Part shown: in pieces, positions 42,234 to 55,400 of the stretch | Position numbering within the stretch: position 1 is the stretch's first letter | How the letters are laid out: the number at the start of each line of letters is the position of its first letter | Assembly: GCA_973895155.1 (NCBI GenBank) | Contig: OZ316893.1 | Span: forward strand, 25,780,798-25,844,797 | Source of the DNA: Marsupella aquatica | Lineage: Eukaryota > Plantae > Marchantiophyta | DNA: 64,000 nucleotides | Direction of reading: 5' to 3' | Made by a program: the position numbers and the translations under genes | The notes under the pieces: model-generated | What the model saw: only the letters and a program-made list of their open reading frames with translations | Told to the model about the DNA's origin: nothing | Database searches by the model: none

Positions 42234-42710
42234 ATGTCGGTCCGCCAAGCTCTACTGATAGGCGCAAGTGTAAGCGTGGAAGTATTGGGGCAGGTCTTTC
42301 GAGTGTTGCATGTTGGTTGCAGCAAGTTGGCAGTGTGGATTCGTGCGCTGCAGTTGGTTGACGAGGAGGTGAAGAATGAGCCGATATTGGGTGTTGTTGG
42401 ACCATCATCACCTGTGATTCTAGGTGGATCTTTGCCGCAGCCCCATGATGACAATTTTGGAGCGATGGTGCTTGCACCTCGGTCCCCCTCTGGAACAGAA
42501 ATTCGGACGGCTAGTGATATCGGTGAGGGGCTGGTGATGCATAAGCGCCATTTTTATGCTGTCGCAGTTGGTCATCAGCCAGGAATTTACAATTCATGGG
42601 CGGATGCAAACAGGCAGGTTAGCGGATACCCTGGAAATTGTCATCAAGCTTTTTGAACTCGGCAAGAGGCAGAATTTTTCCTTGCTTGACACAGAGCAAG
42701 CGGAGTGTAG
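42234..42710 (+). pseudogene. Antisense accessory ORF inside the copia element with a C-terminal RNase H1 N-terminal hybrid-binding (Cauli_VI/viroplasmin-like) domain
   Basis: ATG at 42234, open to 42656. KRHFYAVAVGHQPGIYNSWADANRQVSGYPGNCHQAF*TRQEAEFFL matches the RNase H1 HBD consensus FYAV..G..PG.Y.SW..C..QV.G.P....K.F.T..EA..F. The two internal TGAs (42654, 42687) can be explained as CGA>TGA. Confidence 0.8.
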
Positions 42711-42733
42711 GCGAGACAACTTGAGAGTAGTGG

Positions 42734-45700
42734 TTATGTCTTGAATTGTGCCGATGAAGCAGATTTTACCCCAATAAACTGTCGATGTTTTTCAAATTTG
42801 ATCCGAGAAAGAGGTTTCGTTAGTAGATCTGCTGGATTGTCTGTGGTGTTGATATATGACAGCGTAATTTCCCCTTCCAACACCCTTTCACAGATGAAGT
42901 GGTGTTTCCCTTCTATGTGTTTCGTCCGTGCATGGAAAATAGGATTTTTGGCCAATTTAATGGAACCTTGATTATCACAATGCAAATGAACGTCTAATAA
43001 AGTTGGAAGAGAGGCATGAGCAAGGTCAGTATGTATGGAAGGGTTGGAAAGACCGATGGGTACCGTGAGGATGGAGTTGTGGTTGAGTTCCAGGAGTAGC
43101 TGGCGTAGATGAACTGCTTCCTTGGCCCCTTCAGAGAGCGCTTTGTACTCAGCCTCCGTGGTGCTATCAGAAATGGTAGATTGGAGCTTGCTAGACCACA
43201 AAATAGGACCAGTGGAGAGTTGAATTAAGTATGCTCCTCGGGAGCGACGTGTATCAGTACAACCAAGGAAGTTGGCGTCAGTGAATCCTTGGAGGAGTGT
43301 TTTGGTGGAACGTTGAAAATGAATACCAAAATCTGTGGTGCCCTTTAAGTAGCGTAAAATATGTTTCACAGACTCCCAGTGGCGTTGTTGTGGGTTAGAC
43401 ATGTATCGACTGACGACACCCACAGCGTATGCAATGTCTGGGCGAGTATGCATGAGAAAGATTAGCTTGCCGACTGCATGACAATATTCAGTCACGTCAA
43501 TAGAAGGTGTGCCAGTTTGGCTTGTGAGAATGTGTCCCTCAGGAATTGGAACGTGCTCGGTTCGGGAGTCATTCATACCAAATTCCTGAACCAGTGCTTC
43601 ACAGTAAGACGTTTGGTGTAGAATAAGACCCGTCGAAGTGCGGCAGAACTCAATACCAAGATATTTCTGAGCCAGACCAAGATCCTTCATGTGGTAACGT
43701 TGTTGGAGATGAGCCTTGACTGATGTGATTTGGTCGGGATTACTTCCAGTGATTAGCAAGTCGTCGACATAGAGCATTAGAATAGTAATCTGGCCATCTT
43801 GATGGCGGAAATAGAGGTTGGGATCAGCCAGGCTTCGAGTCCATCCTGTGGTTTGGAGATGTGAATCTATTTCCTCGTACCAGGCACGAGGAGATTGTTT
43901 TAGACCATACAGGGACCTTCGAAGCTTGCATACCATGGATTCTTTGCCGAGAACTTCAAAACCCTGTGGCTGCTACATGTAGATTTCTTCTGTGAGTGTA
44001 CCATTGAGAAAGGCTGTAACTACATCCATATGGTGTAGTTCCCATCCGTTTGAGATAGCTAGAGCAATAATGGTGCGTAGAGTAGACCATTTTACTACAG
44101 GCGCAAAGGTCTCATTATAATCAATGCCATACTTCTGCTCAAATCCCCTGGCAACCAGTCTAGCTTTAAGACGAAACCTGGTGGAATCAGGTTTGGTCCG
44201 AAAAACCCATTTTGCCGTAAGAGCCCGACGACCAGCTGGAAGATAAACAAGTTCCCATGTACCCATCTTGGTTAGGGAGGCAATTTCTTCCTGCATAGCC
44301 TTGTTCCAACCTGGATGTTTGAGAGCCTGCTCAATGGAGAGATTTTCACATTCCGGGTTGTGAGACTCAACTAAGAGAGTGCTCATATCATAGCATGCCA
44401 TGGGGGAGGATGATGAGGTCGAAGAGAATGACGAATTGCAGCAGGTCTAGGTGGAGGAAGCACTAGTTGGTCTAAGGCGGCATCGATGGGAGGCACAACA
44501 TCAAGTGGGACTTGTTCAGGGTCAGCAACAGGTACAACATCGAATGGGGCTTCTGCAGGGCCAACAGCTGGAATATTTTCCCCCTCTGGGACGATAGGCC
44601 CGGGAACAACTGGTTGTTGTACGTGGTCTGGAGTGAATAGGAAATCAAAGAGATCGGAAGCAAGAGTGGGAGTAGAGTTGAGCAGTCCCATTTTGTTCTC
44701 ATCAAATGTAACATCTCTAGAAATTATGATACGATTACGGGTAGCATCAAAGCATCGATATGCTTTGGAGTTGTCATCATAGCCCAAGAGTGTAGTGGAA
44801 ATGGCCTTGGGACCAAGTTTAGTCCTCATGGAAGCAAGAATAAGTACGTAGGCCTGACAACCAAGAATGCGAAGATGATTGAGATCGGGCTTTGTACCGT
44901 GGAGAGCTTCATATGGAGTTGTTCGGGACAATGCCTTTGTTTCGGACCGATTTTGAAGATAATTGGCAGCGCGAACGGCCTCAGTCCATAAGGTTGGAGC
45001 GAAGCCAGAACTGATGAGGAGTGTGCGGGCAGCTTCAAGGAGTGTGCGATTTTTCCGCTCCGCAACTCCATTTTGATGTGGAGTGTGTGAAACCGTGAGC
45101 TGTCTTCTGATGCCGTGAGTTTTGCAGAACTCCAGAAATTCAGTGGACATGTATTCGCCTCCACGGTCAAAACAAAGACATCCAATTGTTGTTGAAAATT
45201 GGTTTTCAACCATCGCTTTGAATTGTTTGAAGGTACCAAATTTTTGGCTTTTCTGTGAGAGAAAATATACCCACGTAGACCGAGAAAAATCGTCAATAAG
45301 AGTGAGAATATACTTGGAGGAACTCGGACTTTGAAGGGGACCACATAAATCGGAGTGGACAAGCTGTAGCGGTTGAGATGATCGAGACATCGATTGCTTG
45401 GGAACCTTCTCGCGATGATGCTTGCCCATCACGCAGGGCTCACAGATACGTTTGACCCGAGGAAGGTTGGGAAGACCCGTAACCATGGAGGTCTGAGACA
45501 TGTGGTGAATCATCTGATGATTTACGTGTCCTAGACATTGGTGCCAAAGATGCATTGGATCTTGATGGAAAGCTTGAGCAGTGATCGTTGGGCCGGACTG
45601 GGAGACTTCAATAGCGAGAATTGGTGCAGCCTGTAGTAGGTGTCGGTGTTGTTGCACACGGGAGAGAGAACAAATCGTGGAGACAGCAGGAAGATGTTGT

Positions 45701-47072
45701 CGCAACTTGTAGAGTTTGGTCCTGGGTTCTCGATGGCCCCGCAGGAAGATCTTCCGTGGGTTGTCTTTGTCATACACCAAACATGACTTGGAGTTGAACA
45801 GAACTAAATGACTAGCATCTGTGAGGGACCCAACCGAGAGAAGGTTGCGTTGCAACCCCGGGACATACAAAACCTTAGGAATATTTTTATTCTCATCAAC
45901 AGAAATGCTGCCCTGGCCAGCTACGGTGAGCTTATTGCCACTGGCAGTAACTACAGAACTAGAGCGATTTTTAGTTGCCAATTTGCGAAACACGGTGTTA
46001 TCACTACTCACGTGAGTGGTTGCTCCTGAATCTAAGATCCAAGCAGTAGAGCTATGGCTAGTGTCGACTTCGGTGAAGTTGGCCTCAATTGGTTCACCTT
46101 CATCGGTTGCATAGAAGTCATCGTCTTCAGCATCTGCATTAGCGATTGGAGGGTTAGTTTCCACCATGTTGACCAGTCGGTGATGGCGGTTGGCTTGGAT
46201 ATCTGCAGCTTTAAGCTACAGATCAGCAATCTGCTCTTCGATCTTCTTGAGGTCACAAGCTGCTTCCCAATGGCCAGGCTTGTTGCAGTAGTTGCAGTTG
46301 TCGGGTCTACGTCCACGTCCACGTTCAGCATGAGGGCGAGGATGACGGAAATTCGGATTTGCTCGTGGCTGATAGTGCCTGCCATCGCGGGGGTGAGAGC
46401 GTCCCCTTCCTCTGCCAAAGGTGTGTGTTATGGCCATAGCCTCCTCAGATGTTTCAATTTGTTTCCCCTTCTTCCAGTACTCTTCTGATTGAAGTCGTTC
46501 AATCAGGTTCGAGAATGATGGCTTTGGTGTGCGAGAAAGCTCAGCTCCGAACATTGACACAAACGGGCTCCAGCTGAGTGGCAGTCCTCTGAGTACAATG
46601 TGGATCAGTCTGGTTTCATCGACCTTGGCGTTGATACTTGCTAGGTGTCCAGCAAGTTCGTTGACTGTGTTGATGTAAGCCTCGACTGAGCCACCTTCGC
46701 TCAGCTTGATGCTCTGGAGTTTCTGCTCCAATAGGAGCTGGCGCTGCAAGAGGTCTCCTCCGAACCTTTGCTGAAAATGTTCCCAGCACTTTGTTGGGTC
46801 ATCTGAGTACTTATCGACAGTGGGTAGGAATTTTGGCTTCACTGTAGCTGCCAAAATGGAGATGGCCCTGACTTTCTTCTTCTTGATTTCGGCGGTAGTG
46901 AGATTCGCTCCTCCGTCAACTATGTTGCCATTGGCGTCAGGCTTGACACCGAAGTTGAGCTCTTCGAACAGATCATCCCGCCTCAGGAAGTTCTTAACTA
47001 TAATGGACCAGGTCATGTGATTAGCTGAGCCGTCAAGCTTATCGACTCGTGGAACGTCCTAAGTAGTTCCAT
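42734..47072 (-). pseudogene. Copia gag-pol polyprotein, interrupted
   Basis: Zinc knuckle CNYCNKPGHWEAAC; protease WILDSGATTH; integrase WHQCLGH..CEPC, LVHSDLCGP, DRGGEY, QNGVAERKNRTL; RT KARLVARG, LYGLKQSPRAW, LYVDDLL; RNase H TEAEY, CDNQG, NPADLLTK. Lesions: probable frameshift near 47045 (inferred start MELLRTFHE at 47072), in-frame TAG at 46216-46218 and 43973-43975, frameshift near 44400. Confidence 0.93.
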
Positions 47073-47273
47073 ATTCACCTTCAGATTTAAACAACAACTC
47101 GATCTAAATGACTAAGGAATTCTCACTAAGTCTATACTGATTTGAGTCTATGACTAGCTACGCAGTATCAATAACTCAGGGAAGTTCTCAACCTGATTAC
47201 TATACTACTTCTGCTTCTAAGTGCTAGAGAGTTTAGACGCAGCTAAACTATCAGAGATCCTGCTCTCATACCA

Positions 47274-47572
47274 TGTTGGTGTTGGAGACAATCCCTAATA
47301 TGAGAGAACTGTATTCAGAACGTAGCAGAGGGCGAAATAAGTAGAGCCGGAGAGGGCCAGACTTGGCGGAAGATCAACGGATCTCCAGATGAAGCTAAGA
47401 TCTAACAGCTATGTAAGCTACCCTAAAGTATGCACAACAGACATGAGACTTGTTCCGTCTGATCTATGAAATCTGTGTCTAATCCTAATCTGATCTAAGA
47501 GTAATCTAAATCACAGGATTACTGTCTGGTTCTGTCGCTAACTAACTTGCGAGTAGTCAGTAACTTCCGACA
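47274..47572 (-). repeat. 5' LTR of the copia element
   Basis: 299 bp, adjacent to the PBS. Confidence 0.93.
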
Positions 47573-49074
47573 AGTTCGTGATCACTCTGGTGCATTTGCC
47601 ACTTGGGCAAACGCTGTCAGCGAGCATGGAGTCCGAATTCCGAAGCCTGGAGAGCAGCTACTTTTCAAGCGAGCCATTCACTTACACTGTCTTGTACCGG
47701 AAACCAAGAGAAGAGACAGACCTGTTGAGAATCCGTCAAATTTTTTAACGTTAAAATCAACTGCTGTACTGCCAACATCGTCACACGGGTGAGAGATTTC
47801 TGCTCCTGTACCTGAGTAGACGACACTTGCGTGCACAGAAATCGACGCAATTCCATACGTGCATTCTCTTGAAATGGCAAATTCGACATTCCGCAGAGAT
47901 TGACGCACTTTTTTCATTCTCAGGAGAAACCGGTCACACACTTCGGGCACAGATTCCAGGACGAGAACAGAGATGGAGGTAACAGGAGATACGGTCGGGA
48001 TTCCCGTGTGACGTTTGGGCAATTTCATACTTCTGTCTGCATTGTCCCTGTTCGTGACACAGATATTTGAGTGTTCAATACGACATCCTCTGTACTTGTC
48101 TCTCGTACAAGTGAAAGGCTCCTTCGACTTTTCTAAAGAAAAAACTCCATTCTACACTTGTCGATTTCATGTTGCGGTCCATGTGCCAAGTAATACCCAG
48201 CTACAGGAAGCTGAAATGGTAATAGTAGTATCCACTGTTTGTCATTGATGGTGGGCCTCCGATGCATTTTGGTGTTGTGGTGGTGTTGAGCTCATCTTGG
48301 AAGCCTTGGAATTGTAACATTAGGGAGCAAGACGTGCGCTAAGGACCTGCCAGTTCTTCCGCCTCACCGACCGCAACTTTGATTACGAGCGGCATTCATT
48401 TGATGTTGCGGTAACAAGGCTTTGATTCGAAATGATACCGAAAACTGTCGCAAAAATCACAGACGTTGGGCACTGACTCGTTTTTCCTGTCCGGTACCTT
48501 CTTGCAGGCTGAAACTCGCGTACTTGAAATCGGGTCGTTAGAAGCTTCCACTCTTGTACACCGAGGATCGGGGGTCGGGAATGGTGTGATCTCACTACTC
48601 GTTTTCGCCGGACTAGTTGAGTGAATGGTTTTGCCTTCCCAAGTGTAGGCTTTCACTGACTGCTGTGGTAAAGGAATGCTGGAGCTGTGTGATAATATCA
48701 TATAAAGTCATAATCTACAATCTTGTCTCATCCACACTCGACGTGATCTGGATACTCTGAAGTCTGAACCATGCAAAATCATGTTATGTACTGCCAAATT
48801 TGAAAACCTCACGACTTTAAACTGTTGTGCCTCCGCTCCTCCACATCGCCTAATCATCTACTGTTCACTCACAATCTGCACCCACTGGGAGTAGCCCACT
48901 ACAGTATGATCACTCGACTGAGGTGCTTGCATGTATTGCGCAGCTTCAGTCTTCGAACTCCTGCAACTGATTTAAACTCCGGCCGAGCTCCCGTCGGGGT
49001 TGCTATTGCTATTTGTTTATGTAATTGCCGTTTCCTTACGGTGCCCCTCTAAATTCTTTGGATGTCAAATTGGA

Positions 49075-50024
49075 ATGGGTAAGACCGTCGAGCGTGCCTT
49101 TGGTAGGCAACAAAATGACAGAGCGTACGAGAGAGGCAGAGAATTGAAAGGCAGAGCATTGAGAAGCAGAGCATTGTTGAAAGGCGGAGAGAGCGAGAGA
49201 GAGACAGAGAGCATTGTAGGATTGGTCGATGGTGTTGAGCTGCTCAATCCCGATCTCGATAGAGTTCAGGGAGGCAAAGTGGACGGAGAGGAGGAGGAAA
49301 TTGTCGCCATCATGGTGGAACCGTCGACAGTGGATCCACCTTTGAGCGATCAGTTGGACATTGTGACAGTGGGACTTCCTCGAGATGTGGAGCCTTTCTT
49401 TGAGAGATACCACTTGATTATGGTGCAGGACTGAGATCCGACAAAGGAGATCAAGGTTCCCAAAGGGTTTGTTTATGAGCTCTACAACCGCAACGACATT
49501 TGACCGGATCCTCGGCAAGAAGGCATCGTGCATCTCGTTTAAGGATAGTGTTTGCCGCTGCTTCGGGTTCATGGTCTCCAAGAAGAAATATATCTTCACC
49601 GTAGATGCGATCATTTAGGCTATGGTGTGAAGACCGGTCTGCCATGTCTCTGGCACAGCAAGGCTAGAACCCGTTCGTCAATCTGAAGAAGGAATCCAAC
49701 GGGATCTTCTGGCAGGAGGAGATGATTCCCTTCGTCCAATCTATTGCGCTTCCCAATGAGGTGACGACAATCGAGCAATTTTACATCGAGCTGTCCAAGC
49801 TGGTGAAGGCCAAGCTCGGTGGCGTTGAACCTTATTCACAAAGCTGTCGGATGCTATGGTTACTTGGATCGACGCATGGGGTGAGCTCAACTCGCCTGCC
49901 AGAGCGGCCTAAAGTTTTTGGCCATCAAAGGTCGGCAAGAGAACAATTTGAGATGAGAATGTGCCGTAGCTTTGTAGCTGACGATCTGCTGGAGGAGGAG
50001 TTTCCTCACTGGATGATAGACTGA
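49075..50024 (+). pseudogene. Degenerate coding-like segment of unknown family
   Basis: Protein-like ORF fragments (MGKTVERAFGRQ... to 49434; [11 protein letters not shown]... 49722-50024) separated by stops or shifts. No recognisable domain. Confidence 0.3.
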
Positions 50025-51334
50025 GTCTCTACTCTATCACATGGTTTCATTGTCTCTTTGTCGATGGCCCATTAATGTACTTCCGGCATCCGTAAATGTC
50101 ATTCTTGAGCTCATACAATCGAATAAAATCACCTATGGCAGCGATTCACAGAGATATTGCTCTTCGTGGCAATTGTTTGTGTGGATAAATGGCCCGAGGT
50201 GAGGTGCTTTGACTCTCATGAGCCATGCTGAAGAAATTGTGCCAAATTTTATCGGGCCACCTTATCTACGGGATAGTTTCAACACTATCTCAATGATTTG
50301 GATGTCCCTACAACCTATCGAAATATTTACTCTTTGTTATGGAATTTGTGTTGTTTGTTGTCGTCTGGGGCTTTCTGTTTTCTGCTCGAGTTCGATCTTC
50401 CAGCGAATGTACAAGGCTTGGAGATGTCATAGCCTCTCCATCGATCGTTGAGATGGATGATATTGTTTCCACTGAGAACTATAATGTACCTCGTTTGTAC
50501 ATGTGTAGCGCTGACACAGAGCAGGCAGGTGCCTGATTTGCATTTTTTGGTTTGGGAGAGCAAGCTTGTATTCCTTTGTCGTTGTTCAAGTCCAAGTTCT
50601 GTTTTGAAAGCTCTGAACGGATTGAGGGGGCATTTAGGATAGTCACATATCTTCTAATCCTGAATCCAATTGTAAGTTTGGTGATGAGCTGAAGGCACTT
50701 TGCTGTCTCTTAGAAATGTCTGCAGGCTTACACACCATTGTGAAATTGAGACTGAACGCCCACTGATTCACCGGCCTACAAAATTCTTGAACAACAGAAT
50801 CTCATACTGGTGGAGCTGTCCGCATTAACACAAGTGTATAGGATGTGAGGATAACTTTGGTATAGTTTGCGAGCAATTGCCTTCCACCTGAATTGAACTC
50901 AATTGAACTGGACTTTTCCTCGCTTGTAGTCTCTCGACTGGTGATTGTGTGGGCAGGCTTTGGCTACTGACTCTAGTGTTCTGAGGGGCGGAGGAAAGGG
51001 GATGGAATCTTGCCACATTTACAATTTGGTGTTTTCTAATGTTTTGATAGTCCATCAATTACTGCGTTTCGGGTCATGCTGATACCAAACAGCATAAGTC
51101 TATGAATTACCTTTTGAGGCAACCAAGAAGAGAATAAGTCTAGTGTCATCGATTTCGAGGGGCTTCACTTACAACTGGTGCACCCATTTTTGGACTCTGA
51201 CGTCAGAGCGAAGCCAAACATTGTGGCAGCCTTAGCTCCCAGTGACTATGCTAGTGTCATTCACCTATGTGATCTCTATTGAACGTGAATCTTCATGAAA
51301 GTGAATCTTCAGTCCACTAGGACTGTCCAGAGTG

Positions 51335-52430
51335 AAGTCTATAGACCCAGACTACATTTTGTCTGGAGGGAAAACTCTAGACTCTCACTAGGGACATAAT
51401 TGAAGTTGGATATCTGAGTGAAAAACTAAAACTGGCAGTGAGTTTCCTACCTCTGTCTAGAGGTAAGCCTGAATTTGGGAGTAAAACTAGAGCTGGATGT
51501 ATGGGTGGGAAACAATATATGTACCTCAGTCTGGAGTGAAGCCTGACTTTGGGAGCAAAACTAGAGTTGGATGTATGGGTGGAAAAGGATATACCTCTCT
51601 GTCTGGAGTGAAGCCTCTAGACCTTGACTTTTGGGGCATAACTGGAGATGGATTCCTACCTGTGTCTAGGGTGTGGCTTGACTTTGGGAGCAACTAAAGT
51701 TGGATACATGGGTAACTATTTTCCCCTCTCTGTCTAGAGGGAAGCCTTTAGACCCTGACTTTTGGGGCATAGCCAAAAGATAGATTCCTACCTCTGTCTA
51801 ATGTCAAGCCTAACTTTGGGAGCATAACTGAAGTGGGATATATGGGTGGAAAACCAACCTGACTTTGGGGCATAACTAAAGATAGATTCCTACCTCTGTC
51901 TAATGTCAAGCCTAACTTTGGGAGCATAACTGAAGTAGGATATATGGGTGGAAAACCATTTTCATACCTCTGGCTAGAGTGAAGCCTCTAGACCCTCACT
52001 TCGGGGGCATAATTGGAGATGGACATATGAATAGAAAACTGGGGAAAGGTGAGCCTCTGAAGGTGAATCTTGAAAATGATGAAGCATATTTGTACTCACC
52101 TTATTTATGTTCATAGTATAGGTACTCAGACTACAACTCATCACATCTTTGGGGGCATTACTGGAGATGGATACATGAGTGGAAAACCAGGATTGGGGAA
52201 AGGTGAGTCTGTGAAGGTGAATATCTGAAAATGATGAAGCATATTAGGATGTACTCACCTTATTTATGTTCAAAGTATGAGCACTCAGACTAGTACTCAT
52301 CACATCTGGAACTGCAAGTGAATCTGAGGGTGTGAATCTCTGGAAATGATGAAGCATATTTGAATGTACTCCTCTCTATTTATGCTCAAATATGGGCACT
52401 CATACTAGTACTCAACACAACTGGAAGTGC
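51335..52430. repeat. Compound degenerate tandem-repeat array
   Basis: Recurrent TTCCTACCTCTGTCT...AAGCCT..ACTTTGGGAGCA.AACT..AG.TGGAT.TATGGGTGGAAAA units (51335-52050), then GAAAATGATGAAGCATAT...GTACTCACCTTATTTATG...CACTCAGACTA units at about 52072, 52228 and 52343. Confidence 0.8.
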
Positions 52431-55400
52431 AAGAGAATCTGAGGGTGGCTTTACTAGAATTCAGGGCACTCGTGACTTTCTTTCACCAGAGCAATGTGAA
52501 GGCTACTTTCTGTCCTACAGATAGGCCTCTTAGGACCAAAACTCTTTTTGAAATGAAAAGGCCACCTTTTGAGTTTGTGAAAATTTTAGACAAATTTCTA
52601 AACATTCCACATCCACATTTGCTTGGACCCACTACTTGCCATGTAAGATTAGTAGACACTGTACACCCCAAGTGTGCATTTTGCCCTACTCTCACTGGAA
52701 AATTTTGGCCTGAGTTTCAGATCCCCCAAGTCTTGCCGTGTCTCTCACACTCCAACTACCTAGGATGAGCCACTAGCCCAGGAGTCCCCTACTAGCAAGG
52801 AACTAAATTCCTGCTAAGCTGCAATACCATATTCATCAACTTGCTTGAGTCCCTCCCATTCTCTACTTTGCCTTGATTGATTGTTGCAATGTTACACATT
52901 CAATATGATATGCAGAGCAATATGCAAAGAAGGCCAAAGGGGCTTCATGGAGCTACGTGGCAAAACATCTCCTGGTTGCCACAATGAACTGTGTTTATAA
53001 GGTTATGCAGTGTAGTTCTTCTGCCAAGATCAGCACATAGGGAGAACCAGGACAAGAATAATCAAGATGGCACCAGTGTGACAACCTCATAACACCTCAA
53101 TTTTGGCAGTGGCTGCAAAGAAAAAAAAACCTTCTTTTGCAAAGCAAAACATTTCAGTCCAGAAAGGGAAGATAAACACGAAAGATGGGTCAAATCTTAT
53201 TAATAGGACATGTCCCTTCAGTTGACGGATCAGAGAAGGATTTAATATTGGCTTTTTCAGGGGTACCTTCATGGATATTTTGTCTCATGGCGGCCCATAC
53301 TATGCTTGCGAATGTAGATGTCGGTATATGTGTTCCACCCCCCAGTCTCAAGTAGTTCTCCTGGTAGTTATTTCCTTTAGAAACTGGTTGATATATAAGT
53401 ATGTAGGAGTAAGCTTGGATGGAGATCTCCACCCAAAGGTTCAAGTTTTGATGGATCACTAAAAGTTTATTGTGCAAAAATAAAGATTTATCTGACTTTA
53501 AAGCTATATTTGACAGAGACAGTTCACACAAACCCACAAACTCACCACCTTGCTCTTCCTATTTCAAATCACCTTCATAAGCATAATGAAAGGTATGTAG
53601 GATCTTGAGAAATATATATTTGCTTGTACAATCATCAGCAAGTGAACTGGTGTAGGAGTGATGACTTCCTCACGCCCCAAGTTGCTAAACAGGGTGAAGG
53701 TATCACAACACTGTAATTGCATTTCAGGGAGGTATTTGCTTCATGGGACCCCAAAATTACTTGATAGGACCCCTAAAGTTTTAGGTGTGTTGATTCAAGG
53801 TCAATCAATGGTCTGGATCACTCAGGGGTCCTATCAAGTAAAGTTTTTCATAATGGGGTCCCATCAAGCAAATACCTGGGCAAATACCTCCATTTCAGGT
53901 TGACGGTTTCTAAGAAACTCATTTAAAACAAATACTTAGGTCGCACTCATAGACATGGCCCACCTGCGGTTTCCTTTTAGCTGTAAAGAAAACCACCTGC
54001 AAGTTTTTGAAGTGTCAAGTCTTTTGTTTCCCAAGGGCTTTGGTGAACCTCACCGTGGGATGGTGTTGTTGCACAAGTTGCTCGACTGATGAAACTTCAA
54101 CTCAGAATCTCACTTGCCGCAATGAAAATTGCTACTCTCTTACTTGGGATGACTAAATGTACAGCAAACTCTTCATCGAATCCGAGCATGGTTGATATTT
54201 TTCAGGATGTCAAGACATCCACCTCATGCCTTAGTTCACCTTTTGTGAGCAATGGCTTAGTGAAAACGGGCACCATGGAATGAAGGGCCCAAGTGAACAG
54301 GCAGCAAGAAATTAGTCTCTACAAATGCTCGCCCAGAGAGTTTCGTTTGGTTATCGCATTATATTGTAGATAAATAAAGAGCCCCAACAAAGTCAATTAA
54401 ATTTAACCTAAAGGTTCTGTTAATTTGTCGTATCCAAAACCATGTGAGCCCCACATAAAGTGGCTCGCTATGATATCTTCAATGATTTGAAATTCTGACA
54501 TCCACTAAGTTCACTAGTTCAGGTCTTCAATCTAATGTCAGGTCTTGGCGGATGGAGGCATGGAGCCATGGACGATGGCAGCAATCATTATAAATGATTG
54601 ATTGATTTCGTCAGACAGAACAACCTAAAATAATTATTAACATAACAGTATTTCCACCCCCAAAAAACTGTAAAAGTATTTCACAATTTAGGGATAATTC
54701 CATCCAAGTTTCAACCCTTCCATACTGAGAAAAACATATACGGCACATACTTAAAATAGTTAGATACGGAGTAAGTAGGCAAAGCGTTCTATAAGTCGTA
54801 GCTCACAGTCTAAATTAATCTTTAGACGGACTAGCCACCGATTTCATTAACTAAAATGATTACCGTAATCCTGTCCTTCCTAATAAATCAGCGCTGATTC
54901 TGCGCCTCGAGTATCGGTGCAGTAAATAATTCTGACAGAGTTGTCGGGGGCGCCGATTCTGCAGATCGACGGCGAAGGCTGGTGGGACAGTTCCGTCAAT
55001 ACAAGTAACTTCGCATTGATCGGTGCTAGTGAACGGGATAATTACCTCGATCCTTAAGTACGAAAATTTATTGTTTTTCATAAATAAAATAATTATATCT
55101 CAATTCGTTTTTATATCTCAATTCGTTTCTCCCAACGATAAGCTGGGATGAAGCTTCATGCAAACCTTTAAGCTCGGACAGTAGTTCAGCACCCTCTTTG
55201 TATGGGTGGAAGCGAAGTGACTGAAAATGTTTGTTATTCAAGTGAAAGTGCTCCGTTCCCAAAGATCATATGAGAGAAGAATGTTCTGAGCTTTCAGTTC
55301 TAGTATTTGCACAGTTTGTTTTTGGGTTTGTTTTGAAATGGGGGATTTGAAGGTCCCATGGACCATTGCATGACAAGATGCTCGGATTGACCACTGCAAC

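Larger units (their letters stand above)
41867..47572 (-). mobile_element. Full-length Ty1/copia LTR retrotransposon (5.7 kb), mildly decayed
   Basis: 299-bp LTRs at 41867-42165 and 47274-47572 (TG...CA, about 9 mismatches by eye). TSD AGTTC at 41862-41866 and 47573-47577. PBS TGGTATGAGAGC at 47262-47273 (one mismatch to iMet PBS). PPT GAGAGGGGG at 42166-42174. Domain order gag-PR-INT-RT-RH. Confidence 0.96.

Noticed and set aside
51335-52430. Repeat array superficially like a CRISPR repeat-spacer array
   Set aside because: Units are long and degenerate without unique constant-length spacers, no cas genes are present, and the context is eukaryotic.
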